From NCBI GenBank assembly GCA_021203805.1, contig JAJQAM010000046.1, positions 23,840-87,839 of the forward strand: a DNA stretch of 64,000 nucleotides, in the 5' to 3' direction. Shown in pieces: positions 31,044 to 39,039 of the stretch; the stretch's first letter is position 1; the number at the start of each line of letters is the position of its first letter. The notes beneath the pieces were generated by a model. It worked only from the letters and a program-made list of their open reading frames with translations, was not told where the DNA came from and made no database searches. The translations under genes were made by a program, and so were the position numbers. The DNA comes from Coprobacillus sp. (GTDB taxonomy: Bacteria; Bacillota_I; Bacilli_A; RFN20; CAG-826).

Positions 31044-31567
31044 TGATTCATATCGTCTTATATAGACCTGAGAAGCCCCTTAATACCGGCAATATAATGA
31101 GAACTTGTAGTGCCTCAAGTAGTGAGCTTCACATTATTGGTCCCCTCTCCTTCTCCCTTGATGAGAAGGATATTAAAAGAGCGGGACTCGATTATATAAC
31201 TAGTCTTAATTATCATTACTATGATAATTATGATGAGTTTATTAAAGAAAATCCTAATATAAACCTATACTATGTCACCCGCTACTCAAATAAGGTGTAT
31301 TCTGAGTTTGACTATTCTAAAAAAGACATTGACTACTGATTTATGTTTGGTAGGGAGTCCACCGGAATCCCTCATGATATATTACGAGCGCATAAAGATA
31401 GATTAATTCGTATCCCCATGAAGATGGATGCCCGCTCCCTTAATCTATCTAACTGTGTCGCTATTGTGCTCTATGAGGCCCTTAGACAGCAAGAATTTAA
31501 TGATCTATCCACTCATGAAGCCATTAAGGGAGAAGATTTCTTAGAAAGGGAAAATAGTGAAAAGTAA
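31043..31567 (+). pseudogene. trmL: tRNA (cytidine/uridine-34 2'-O)-methyltransferase TrmL (SPOUT) interrupted by one in-frame TGA at 31337..31339
   Basis: Track ORFs 31043..31339 and 31343..31567 share a frame. Joined, they read ...KKDIDY*FMFGRESTGIP...RIPM...RSLNLSNCVAIVLYEA, collinear with E. coli TrmL as I remember it (GDYLMFGPETRGLP...IRIPM..RSMNLSNAV). Confidence 0.75.
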
Positions 31568-32027
31568 AGCGCTTCTATCTAGTTTACTTCTTATTCCATG
31601 CCTTTTTTCTTGTGTCGATCCAGATATTAAGGTTCCTTTTCCCCGTGCCGATGAAGGGCAGCTTATCGAGATTAGCTGCGAAGAGCTTCACACTAAAACC
31701 GTTGTTAATTATGAAACTCTTGTTGTTTTAATTGGTAGTAGTGACTGCGCAGAATGTAATGATGCACACGAAACCGTAGAGGCGTATGCTCAAATTGAGT
31801 CCATAATCATCTATTATATCGATATGATAAATGCTACTGAATCCGACTGGATTTATCTCGTAAATGCGACTACTCATGATAATGAGGATACCGATTACTA
31901 CGCTTGGCCTAACTATGGGGAAGAAGCGTATTATCCAACGATGTATATCTTTTATACTGGATATGTTATTAACGAGGCTCAAACCGATTTTGTTGATTTT
32001 CTCGTTAGGCACCTTGATTTTTATTAA
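31557..32027 (+). CDS. Thioredoxin-fold lipoprotein with CxxC motif (short paralogue of 29620..30408)
   Basis: 156 aa, GTG start. Lipobox LIPCLFS-C. CAEC in GSSDCAECNDAHETV, parallel to HSDYCSHCLDADETF in the other protein. Confidence 0.6.
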   Translation: MKSKALLSSLLLIPCLFSCVDPDIKVPFPRADEGQLIEISCEELHTKTVVNYETLVVLIGSSDCAECNDAHETVEAYAQIESIIIYYIDMINATESDWIYLVNATTHDNEDTDYYAWPNYGEEAYYPTMYIFYTGYVINEAQTDFVDFLVRHLDFY

Positions 32028-32036
32028 GTAATTGGC

Positions 32037-33437
32037 CTAACTTTTTATATAAGGTTTCATATTATTTAGAAGAAGCTTAGTTTCTTCTTTTATTTTATTT
32101 ACGTGATATTTCTTATAGCTTTTCATTATGACTAAGCCTTCTCTATCTCCCTTTTTAGTGTCTTTTACTTGGCAGTAGTGGACCGAGCCGCTTTCCTGTC
32201 CCGAGAGGACTATTGAGATTGATGCGGCCTCCTTTAATAGATCATCATTTAGCTCACTTGAGCACACGATAACATGGCTTCCAGAGTAGCCTGCGATATG
32301 GACAAATGTATAATTTTTTTGAGCAAATTTGAAGGTTAAATAATTATTTTGGGCGCTATTCTTTCCAAAGGCAATTTTCACTCCATTATATTCGACGTAA
32401 TAGAATAGCGGCCTTCTCTTTTTAACGTCTTTCCTAACGCCTTTAATTTGGAAATGGAGCTGACTTGCGATGTCGATATATTCTTCATTAGTGTAGTATG
32501 GAAATAGGTTTATTATATTTTGATAACTCTCTAATTCCGCGTTTAATCTTTCAATTTCCGAGGCAAAAACAAACTGCTCATTTTGAAGTTTATGGTATTT
32601 TTTATAGAGCTTATTAGCATTTTCAATTGGGCTAAGAAGACTATCATATAGGTCCTTATTCTCCTCTATTATTTTATTTAGCTCTTCGGTTTCGCTCTGG
32701 TATGTGAGGATGAGATCCGCTAGGTCTTTATATCTAAGCGAGCTTTCTTTATCATTAATTCTCTCCTCCATGAGCTTTTTGGTTTTCTCATCTGTTTTAA
32801 TACGGCTCTTCACATAGTTATATAGCGGAGAGTATATGCTTTTATGTCTTCTTGATAGAGCGGCGTTATATCTACTTATCCCTTCTTTTAGATACTCCTC
32901 TAAGTCATCATCCCTATCTGGCACTACGGAATTTTGTGGGAAGTCGTATTTCTGATTTACTACGATTGGATGGGAAGTTAATTCATCTCTATAATGGATT
33001 GCCTTTATTACCTGGTAGTCTGAATTTACTAAGATGATATTGCTCTTAAGAGGGATGAGCTCAATTATTAAATGTCTCTCTTCTTTATTAAAGAGATCGT
33101 CGACATGCACTAAATCTATTTCAAGGATTCGATCGTTTTTAATAGAGTGAATATCGCTGACGTAAGAGTCTCTCACCTCTTTTCTTAGCCATTCATTATC
33201 CTTATTTTCAATTGTAGGGACGGAAGCGGTTTCCTCTATAAAGGATATGGCGGGATCATTATTAAAGAGAGAAACGAAAAGTTTTTCCTTTCTATTTTTT
33301 GAGAAAATAAAGAGAAAATCGCATGGAGAAACAAGAGAAATATTCTCAATATATGAGTTTTGATAGGAGTTTTGCGCTTCTATTGCAATTTTTTCAATTA
33401 AATTTGCACTTATCTTCATATTTTTAGTATATCCCAA
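32037..33437 (-). CDS. rqcH: NFACT-family RqcH/FbpA-like ribosome quality-control protein (short form)
   Basis: 466 aa. NFACT-N-like N-terminus, central coiled coil and an NFACT-R/DUF814 segment FGKNSAQNNYLTFKFAQKNYTFVHIAGYSGSHVIV. Confidence 0.7.
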   Translation of the reverse strand: MGYTKNMKISANLIEKIAIEAQNSYQNSYIENISLVSPCDFLFIFSKNRKEKLFVSLFNNDPAISFIEETASVPTIENKDNEWLRKEVRDSYVSDIHSIKNDRILEIDLVHVDDLFNKEERHLIIELIPLKSNIILVNSDYQVIKAIHYRDELTSHPIVVNQKYDFPQNSVVPDRDDDLEEYLKEGISRYNAALSRRHKSIYSPLYNYVKSRIKTDEKTKKLMEERINDKESSLRYKDLADLILTYQSETEELNKIIEENKDLYDSLLSPIENANKLYKKYHKLQNEQFVFASEIERLNAELESYQNIINLFPYYTNEEYIDIASQLHFQIKGVRKDVKKRRPLFYYVEYNGVKIAFGKNSAQNNYLTFKFAQKNYTFVHIAGYSGSHVIVCSSELNDDLLKEAASISIVLSGQESGSVHYCQVKDTKKGDREGLVIMKSYKKYHVNKIKEETKLLLNNMKPYIKS

Positions 33438-33454
33438 TCCTTTTTAATATTTAA

Positions 33455-33484
33455 TTGAAAAGAGCTATCCTACTTCTTTATAAT
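33455..33484 (+). promoter_or_regulatory. Near-consensus sigma70 promoter directly abutting the gmk start codon
   Basis: -35 TTGAAA (33455..33460), 18-bp spacer, -10 TATAAT (33479..33484). ATG at 33494, no SD. Confidence 0.6.
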
Positions 33485-33493
33485 ATACATTAC

Positions 33494-34102
33494 ATGGAGA
33501 ATAAAGGTTTACTAATAATTCTAAGTGGTCCTTCGGGAGTGGGGAAAGGGACAGTCCGTAAACACATCATGGCTGACCGCTCTCTCAACCTCAAATATTC
33601 TATCTCGATGACCACCCGTGAGCCTCGTCCTAAAGAGAAGGATGGAAGAGATTACTTTTTCGTGACCGATGAGGTCTTCGAACAAAATATCAAAGATGGA
33701 AATTTTCTCGAATGGGCCGAATTTGTTGGCCATAAATATGGCACTCCAAGAGACAAGGTTGAAGAGCTAAGAAATAGCGGCTATAACGTTTTCCTTGAGA
33801 TTGAAACAAGCGGCGCCGCTCAGGTCATTAAGGCCGTTGGAGATGATCCTGGATTAGTAACTATCTTCCTCATGCCTCCATCTATTGAAGCCCTTGAAGC
33901 GAGAATTCGAAATAGGAAGTGGGAAAAAGAGGAAGTCATCCAATCCCGACTCGCTAAAGGAAGAGTGGAAATTGAAAGTGCTGATCTCTATCAATATACA
34001 GTTCTAAACGATTATGTTCAGCGAAGCGCTTGGGAAATAAGACATATCATTAGAACCCGAATGGCTGAATTAAATGGAGATGAAAAACCTATAGTTGAAT
34101 AA
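33494..34102 (+). CDS. gmk: Guanylate kinase
   Basis: MENKGLLIILSGPSGVGKGT P-loop, then TTREPRPKEKDGRDYFF. I use ATG 33494. The track start at 33455 is a TTG that coincides with the -35 box. Confidence 0.93.
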   Translation: MENKGLLIILSGPSGVGKGTVRKHIMADRSLNLKYSISMTTREPRPKEKDGRDYFFVTDEVFEQNIKDGNFLEWAEFVGHKYGTPRDKVEELRNSGYNVFLEIETSGAAQVIKAVGDDPGLVTIFLMPPSIEALEARIRNRKWEKEEVIQSRLAKGRVEIESADLYQYTVLNDYVQRSAWEIRHIIRTRMAELNGDEKPIVE

Positions 34103-34103
34103 A

Positions 34104-34137
34104 TAAAAAACCTGCTTACGGCAGGTATTTTTTTTTA
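34104..34137. terminator. Bidirectional rho-independent terminator
   Basis: AAAAAA-CCTGC-TTACG-GCAGG-TATTTTTTTTT, between convergent genes. Confidence 0.7.
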
Positions 34138-34141
34138 TTTT

Positions 34142-34462
34142 TTATGCTGCATTGGAAACGTACCAAAGGATAAGTATGACCCACAGGATGGCCCCTATTA
34201 TTCCAAGCCATAATCCCGCTCTAGCTAGATTTTTACTCTTCGGATATTCTTCCTTCTTGCCTAGGCCAATCGCGCTAAAGGTTACTCCGACTAGATTAAA
34301 GAAGACAAGCCCAAAGAAAAGACAGCTTATAAGGGAGACGACAAAACCAGCAATGGCGAATCCGTTATGCCCCACCTGCATATTTGCTTCTATTTCATAG
34401 GAGCAGTGAGGACACACCACTGTGTCTTTTTCAATTTTTTCGTGACAATTTGGACATTTCAT
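34142..34462 (-). CDS. Zinc-ribbon / DUF4190-like small membrane protein
   Basis: 106 aa. CPNC...CPHC ribbon followed by two TM helices. Confidence 0.6.
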   Translation of the reverse strand: MKCPNCHEKIEKDTVVCPHCSYEIEANMQVGHNGFAIAGFVVSLISCLFFGLVFFNLVGVTFSAIGLGKKEEYPKSKNLARAGLWLGIIGAILWVILILWYVSNAA

Positions 34463-34472
34463 ACTTAATTAC

Positions 34473-34853
34473 TCATGCGGCAACAATTAATGCTAGTGCG
34501 ACTATAAAGACTATAAGCCAAATAGCGAGAGCGACGATTCCGATGATTACCCCCGCTTTAGCAAGAGTATTGTAATCGCTATATTGATTTCTTCTTCGAT
34601 AGGCCACTAGGCTAAGGACAAGTCCCACAATTGCGACCACTAAACCCATAAAGACAATAGCGACTAAAGAAACAATAAAACCCGCTAAACCTAAATAATT
34701 TTTAGAACTTTGGCCGTATTTTTTTCTTTCTTCAGGAGTGGTTTCCCGATAAGTATTTCCCGTTTGACTATCCCTATTAAACTGGGGCTCTCCGCAATAG
34801 GGACAAAACTGAGCATCCTCGCTTATCTGTCCGCCGCATTTCTTACAGTACAT
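34473..34853 (-). CDS. Zinc-ribbon / DUF4190-like small membrane protein (tandem paralogue)
   Basis: 126 aa. CKKC...CPYC ribbon followed by two TM helices. Same architecture as the neighbouring gene. Confidence 0.6.
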   Translation of the reverse strand: MYCKKCGGQISEDAQFCPYCGEPQFNRDSQTGNTYRETTPEERKKYGQSSKNYLGLAGFIVSLVAIVFMGLVVAIVGLVLSLVAYRRRNQYSDYNTLAKAGVIIGIVALAIWLIVFIVALALIVAA

Positions 34854-34957
34854 TCTTTTTGCTCCTTTATACCCTAGGTATAAGCATATTATAAACTATG
34901 AACAAATAAGTCGTGAAATAAATTAAATAAATTAGTGAAATAATTTATAATTATTTT

Positions 34958-37153
34958 GTGATTATATTAGAAGTTTTGCCTCAGTATACCATAACAGTCT
35001 TAGACCGCTCTTTTACCTATGTCTATAGCGGCGATAAAAAGGTTGATAGCGGCTACCGTGTTCTCATCAAATTTAATAACAAGCAGATTGCTGGCTATGT
35101 CGTAAGCGCTGAGAAAAGCGATTTAACTAGGGAAGAGTTAATCAAAAAATCAGGATATGATATTGAAGAGATTATCGATGTCATAGACACTGAGCCAATT
35201 CTAAATCAGGATCTTTTAGCGCTTGTGGATGAGATGACGGATTACTATTTATGCGGAAAGATGGCTATCCTTCAATGCATGCTCCCTCCGTCCCTAAATA
35301 TTAGAAAATCCACGTTAAAAGCCCCTAAAATTGCTTATGAATCGCTTCTTGAGATAAACGGAGAGTTTAATACCGAAGGTCTAACCGCAGCCCAAAAAGA
35401 GATCTATGTTTATATAAATGACCACGCTCCAGTGATCAAAAGAGAAATCCATTCTCAGTCTATTATTTCTAAGCTTCTCGCCTCGGGTAAAATTAAAGAG
35501 GTAAAAGTTGAAAAAAGAAGGTTAAATGTAGAACCTGAGGAAAAAGAGAAAATTGACCACTTAACTCCTGATCAAGAAAGGGTTATAAACGAGTTTAATT
35601 CGTCTAGTGATTCCGTCTTTTTACTTGAAGGGGTGACCGGCTCAGGGAAGACTGAAGTCTACTTAACAATCTGCGAGCAGTATCTCAAAATGGGCAAATC
35701 CATTCTCATGCTTGTGCCGGAGATTGCTCTTACTAAAGCCATGAGCGATTACTTCATTTCGAGGTTCCACTCTGACGTTGCTATCCTTCACTCTAACCTC
35801 ACTCCAGCGGAGCGATACGATGAGTACCGCCGCATTCAAAGAGGAGAAGCTAAAATTGTCGTAGGAGCGAGAAGCGCTATTTTTGCCCCTCTCTCTAATA
35901 TTGGTCTCATTATTCTTGATGAAGAGCATACCGAAAGCTATAAGCAGGATGTCTATCCCTTTTATCACGCAAGAGATATTGCCCTAATGAGAGCGAAAAT
36001 GCATGGCGCTAAAGTTATCCTTGGAAGCGCCACCCCATCCCTAGAGTCTCGCTCAAGAGCGTCAAAAGGTATCTATCATCTTCTCACTCTTGATAAGAGA
36101 ATAAACGAGATGCCGCTTCCCTCTGTTACGGTAGTGGATATCTCTAAGAGATATAACATGTCAGATGAGTCCTATTTATTCTCCCGTAGGCTCGTTAGTG
36201 AAATGAGAGATAGACTCGCTAAAAAAGAGCAGATAATCCTTCTTGTTAATAAGAGAGGCTTCTCGACGATGATGTGTAGAGAATGCGGAAAACCTATATT
36301 ATGTCCAACCTGTAAAGTCCCTCTTGTTTATCATAAAAAAGATGACACTTTAAAGTGCCATCACTGCGGTTTTATTGAGGACGCCTGCACCGCATGCCCC
36401 CACTGCGGCTCTGATAAGCTGATGAAACTCGGCTACGGAACCGAGAAAATTGAAGAAGAGATAGGTAAAGTGTTCCCAGAGGCGAAGATTCTTCGCCTAG
36501 ATAGCGACTCCGCAAAAGGAAGAAGCGCTATTAGAGAGATTATAGACGACTTCTCCCACGGGAAAGCGGATATCCTTATCGGAACGCAGATGATTGCTAA
36601 AGGCCATGACTTTAAAAATGTTACCCTAGTCGGCGCTCTTAACGCTGATATCGGGCTTAATAATCCTTCCTATAAGAGTAGTGAGCGCACCTTCCAGCTT
36701 CTCACTCAGGCGATAGGAAGATGCGGAAGAGGGGAGAAAGAAGGCGAGGCGATTATTCAAACCTATAATCCCTCTCACTATGCAATCACTAACGCCGCGC
36801 GTCAGGACTATGAAAATTTCTATAAGATAGAAATGAAAAGTAGAAAGACCCTTAAAAATCCGCCTTACTACTATCTATGCGCTATTCGTCTTTCCTGTAA
36901 AAGCGCTCGGCTAGTGGTTGAGCTCTCTCTTAACGTTAAAGACTCTCTTACTAAAATACTTAAAGATGACGCTATAATCTACGGACCAATTACTCCTTAT
37001 ATCTCTTATTCTGACGGGAAATATAATAGAACCATTCTTCTAAAATACCGAGACGTAGAGAAGATTAAAACCGCTTTAAAAAACATAAAAGATCTTCTCT
37101 CTCATCACGGTAGTATTGATATCGGAATGGATTTTGACCCATATGATTTTTAA
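34958..37153 (+). CDS. priA: Primosomal protein N' (replication restart helicase PriA)
   Basis: 731 aa. Walker A GVTGSGKTEVY, DEEH box and a Cys-rich zinc-binding insert (CRECG...CPTC...CHHCG...CPHCG). GTG start. Confidence 0.93.
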   Translation: MIILEVLPQYTITVLDRSFTYVYSGDKKVDSGYRVLIKFNNKQIAGYVVSAEKSDLTREELIKKSGYDIEEIIDVIDTEPILNQDLLALVDEMTDYYLCGKMAILQCMLPPSLNIRKSTLKAPKIAYESLLEINGEFNTEGLTAAQKEIYVYINDHAPVIKREIHSQSIISKLLASGKIKEVKVEKRRLNVEPEEKEKIDHLTPDQERVINEFNSSSDSVFLLEGVTGSGKTEVYLTICEQYLKMGKSILMLVPEIALTKAMSDYFISRFHSDVAILHSNLTPAERYDEYRRIQRGEAKIVVGARSAIFAPLSNIGLIILDEEHTESYKQDVYPFYHARDIALMRAKMHGAKVILGSATPSLESRSRASKGIYHLLTLDKRINEMPLPSVTVVDISKRYNMSDESYLFSRRLVSEMRDRLAKKEQIILLVNKRGFSTMMCRECGKPILCPTCKVPLVYHKKDDTLKCHHCGFIEDACTACPHCGSDKLMKLGYGTEKIEEEIGKVFPEAKILRLDSDSAKGRSAIREIIDDFSHGKADILIGTQMIAKGHDFKNVTLVGALNADIGLNNPSYKSSERTFQLLTQAIGRCGRGEKEGEAIIQTYNPSHYAITNAARQDYENFYKIEMKSRKTLKNPPYYYLCAIRLSCKSARLVVELSLNVKDSLTKILKDDAIIYGPITPYISYSDGKYNRTILLKYRDVEKIKTALKNIKDLLSHHGSIDIGMDFDPYDF

Positions 37154-37199
37154 TGAAATTAAAAAATAAATCGATATAATAACTAGTGAGGAAATAGAC

Positions 37200-37664
37200 A
37201 TGATTAATATTTCAATTATTGGACTAGATCAATTCATTGTTGGGGATATCTCAAAAGAGATTACCCCTAATCTTGCTAAAATCTATGAAACAGATGAAGA
37301 AGAGATTAATTTTATTGCCCCAAGTAATATGTATTTTCATAAAGGCATCGATCAAACTAGCTGGAACACTCTAGTGAGAGTCAGCGCTCCCCATCAATAC
37401 GATATCATTGAAAAAGAGGTCGCGGAGATTATTGAAAAAGGAATCGGTGAGAACGCCATTAACGTCGCCATAGAATTTAACTACTATGAAGAAACTCACC
37501 GCTACGAAAGAATAAGTGAGGACTATCCCCGCTACATGACAGAAGAGAATCTTATTAATATTGAAGCGGATGAAGACGACGAAGATGAAAATGAAGAAGA
37601 TGACGATCTATCCGATGTTTTTGACGGAGATATCTTCGCTAATTTCAATAAAACGCACTCCTGA
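37200..37664 (+). CDS. Small acidic protein, DUF1904-like (tentative)
   Basis: 154 aa with a GAGGAAA SD and a poly-D/E C-terminus. The family assignment is from memory only. It occupies the slot where def-fmt usually sit. Confidence 0.5.
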   Translation: MINISIIGLDQFIVGDISKEITPNLAKIYETDEEEINFIAPSNMYFHKGIDQTSWNTLVRVSAPHQYDIIEKEVAEIIEKGIGENAINVAIEFNYYEETHRYERISEDYPRYMTEENLINIEADEDDEDENEEDDDLSDVFDGDIFANFNKTHS

Positions 37665-37737
37665 TTTACCTTAAAAATTTTTATTAATAAATAATTTTTA
37701 TTATTACTTTACAAATAATGTGTCTTATAATTAACCT

Positions 37738-39039
37738 ATGGACGGATGTGAAATTTCATATAATGTTTTAACTTCGATTATTTGTGAGGATGTCTCATTT
37801 AATGTGGCGATGAAGAGAGCGGTCACTGAATATAAACTCTCAGGTAAGGATAAAAATGAGGTCTCTATTATCGTTGGATGTAGCCTCCGTCACTATTACA
37901 TCTTCCATGAACTAGTCTTTCGATATTTTGGAGAAATAAGTGAGAAGAGCGCTTCTGCTCTCTACATTATGCTTTCTAAGCTTCGCTTCCTCAATAAAGA
38001 TCTCGATGAGGAAGCACTTTTTAGCTTTGTAAAGCATGTTTTAGAGGAAAATGACCTCGAATATGAGGCTAAAAACTTTGATGGACTTGTGGACTATGCG
38101 AAAAATAGCGAGGTTTTAATCCCCCCAGATATCGAGATAAACTCCCCTGAGTATCTCCACTTCCGCTATAACGTTCCAACCCAGCTTGTCAAAATGTGGC
38201 AGAAGCATCTCGGTAAAGGCCGCACGCAAAGAGTCCTTAGAGCCTTTACCCATACCGCCACAAAATACTATAGAGTGAATACCCTTCTTCTCGATATGGA
38301 TAGATTTGATTCCCTCTATTCATCTATCTTTGATAAAGTGGAGTCTCATCCCCTTATGGTCACCCCTAAAAAGGATGTGAGCTATCATGAGCTACTTGAC
38401 AAAGCCCTTGCAAGTAATCATATCTACTCGTTTAATCGTGGCGTTGACTCTCTATTAAACTCCCTAGATATTCCCGCTTTTAGCCATGTCGCGCTTGAAG
38501 CTAACTGCCTTAGCACCTTCCATTTAGCCCTTTCCGCTAAGCTTAAAGACCAGCAAAATAGCATCGATGTCATTATTGAAAATGGAGCGGACTATTACCG
38601 TATCTCTAAGAGCATGAAGAGCAACGGCGTCACTAATATGCGCTTTTATAACGCCGCTCCAAGTGCTTTTATTACCTGCATTAGTGAGCCAGTGGATTAT
38701 TTCTTCCTCTGTCCTCATAACTCTAATTTTGAACTTCTCCGTCTCTCCCCTGACTATGCCTATCACTTTAAGATGACAAGTCTCGACGCTCTTATTGAAG
38801 GAGAGCTTACTTCCCTTACGGAAGCGAGTAAACTCCTCGCTATAGGCGGAGAGATTATCTATATCGTTCCGACCATATCTAACAAAGAGAGTAAAGGTCT
38901 AATTCATCAGTTTGTGTCCACTCATCCTGACTTTGAACTCGTGGAGGAAAGACAGTTCCTTCCTATCGATGATGACAATTGTACTCTCTACTATGGAATC
39001 ATTAAAAAGAAAGTAATAGAGAGTAAGAGTGATGATTAA
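37738..39039 (+). CDS. RsmB/Sun-like protein (NusB-like N-terminus + MTase-like C-terminus) with degenerate SAM-binding and catalytic motifs
   Basis: 433 aa in the rsmB position between priA and rlmN. Overall collinear with RsmB, but CAAPGGKT, DAPCSG and YSTCS read EANCLSTF, FLCPHNS and YIVPTIS. Confidence 0.6.
   Translation: MDGCEISYNVLTSIICEDVSFNVAMKRAVTEYKLSGKDKNEVSIIVGCSLRHYYIFHELVFRYFGEISEKSASALYIMLSKLRFLNKDLDEEALFSFVKHVLEENDLEYEAKNFDGLVDYAKNSEVLIPPDIEINSPEYLHFRYNVPTQLVKMWQKHLGKGRTQRVLRAFTHTATKYYRVNTLLLDMDRFDSLYSSIFDKVESHPLMVTPKKDVSYHELLDKALASNHIYSFNRGVDSLLNSLDIPAFSHVALEANCLSTFHLALSAKLKDQQNSIDVIIENGADYYRISKSMKSNGVTNMRFYNAAPSAFITCISEPVDYFFLCPHNSNFELLRLSPDYAYHFKMTSLDALIEGELTSLTEASKLLAIGGEIIYIVPTISNKESKGLIHQFVSTHPDFELVEERQFLPIDDDNCTLYYGIIKKKVIESKSDD

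Noticed and set aside
31337-31372. Selenocysteine insertion at the trmL TGA, given a hairpin 12 nt downstream
   Set aside because: The position is not catalytic in TrmL. The hairpin is short, imperfect and built from codons of a conserved motif. No sel genes are visible here. I kept it only as a remark under the trmL finding.
34905-34945. Direct repeat of GTGAAATAA (two copies 22 bp apart) upstream of priA as DnaA boxes or iterons
   Set aside because: There are only two short AT-rich copies and they do not match the DnaA box consensus TTATCCACA. Most likely chance.
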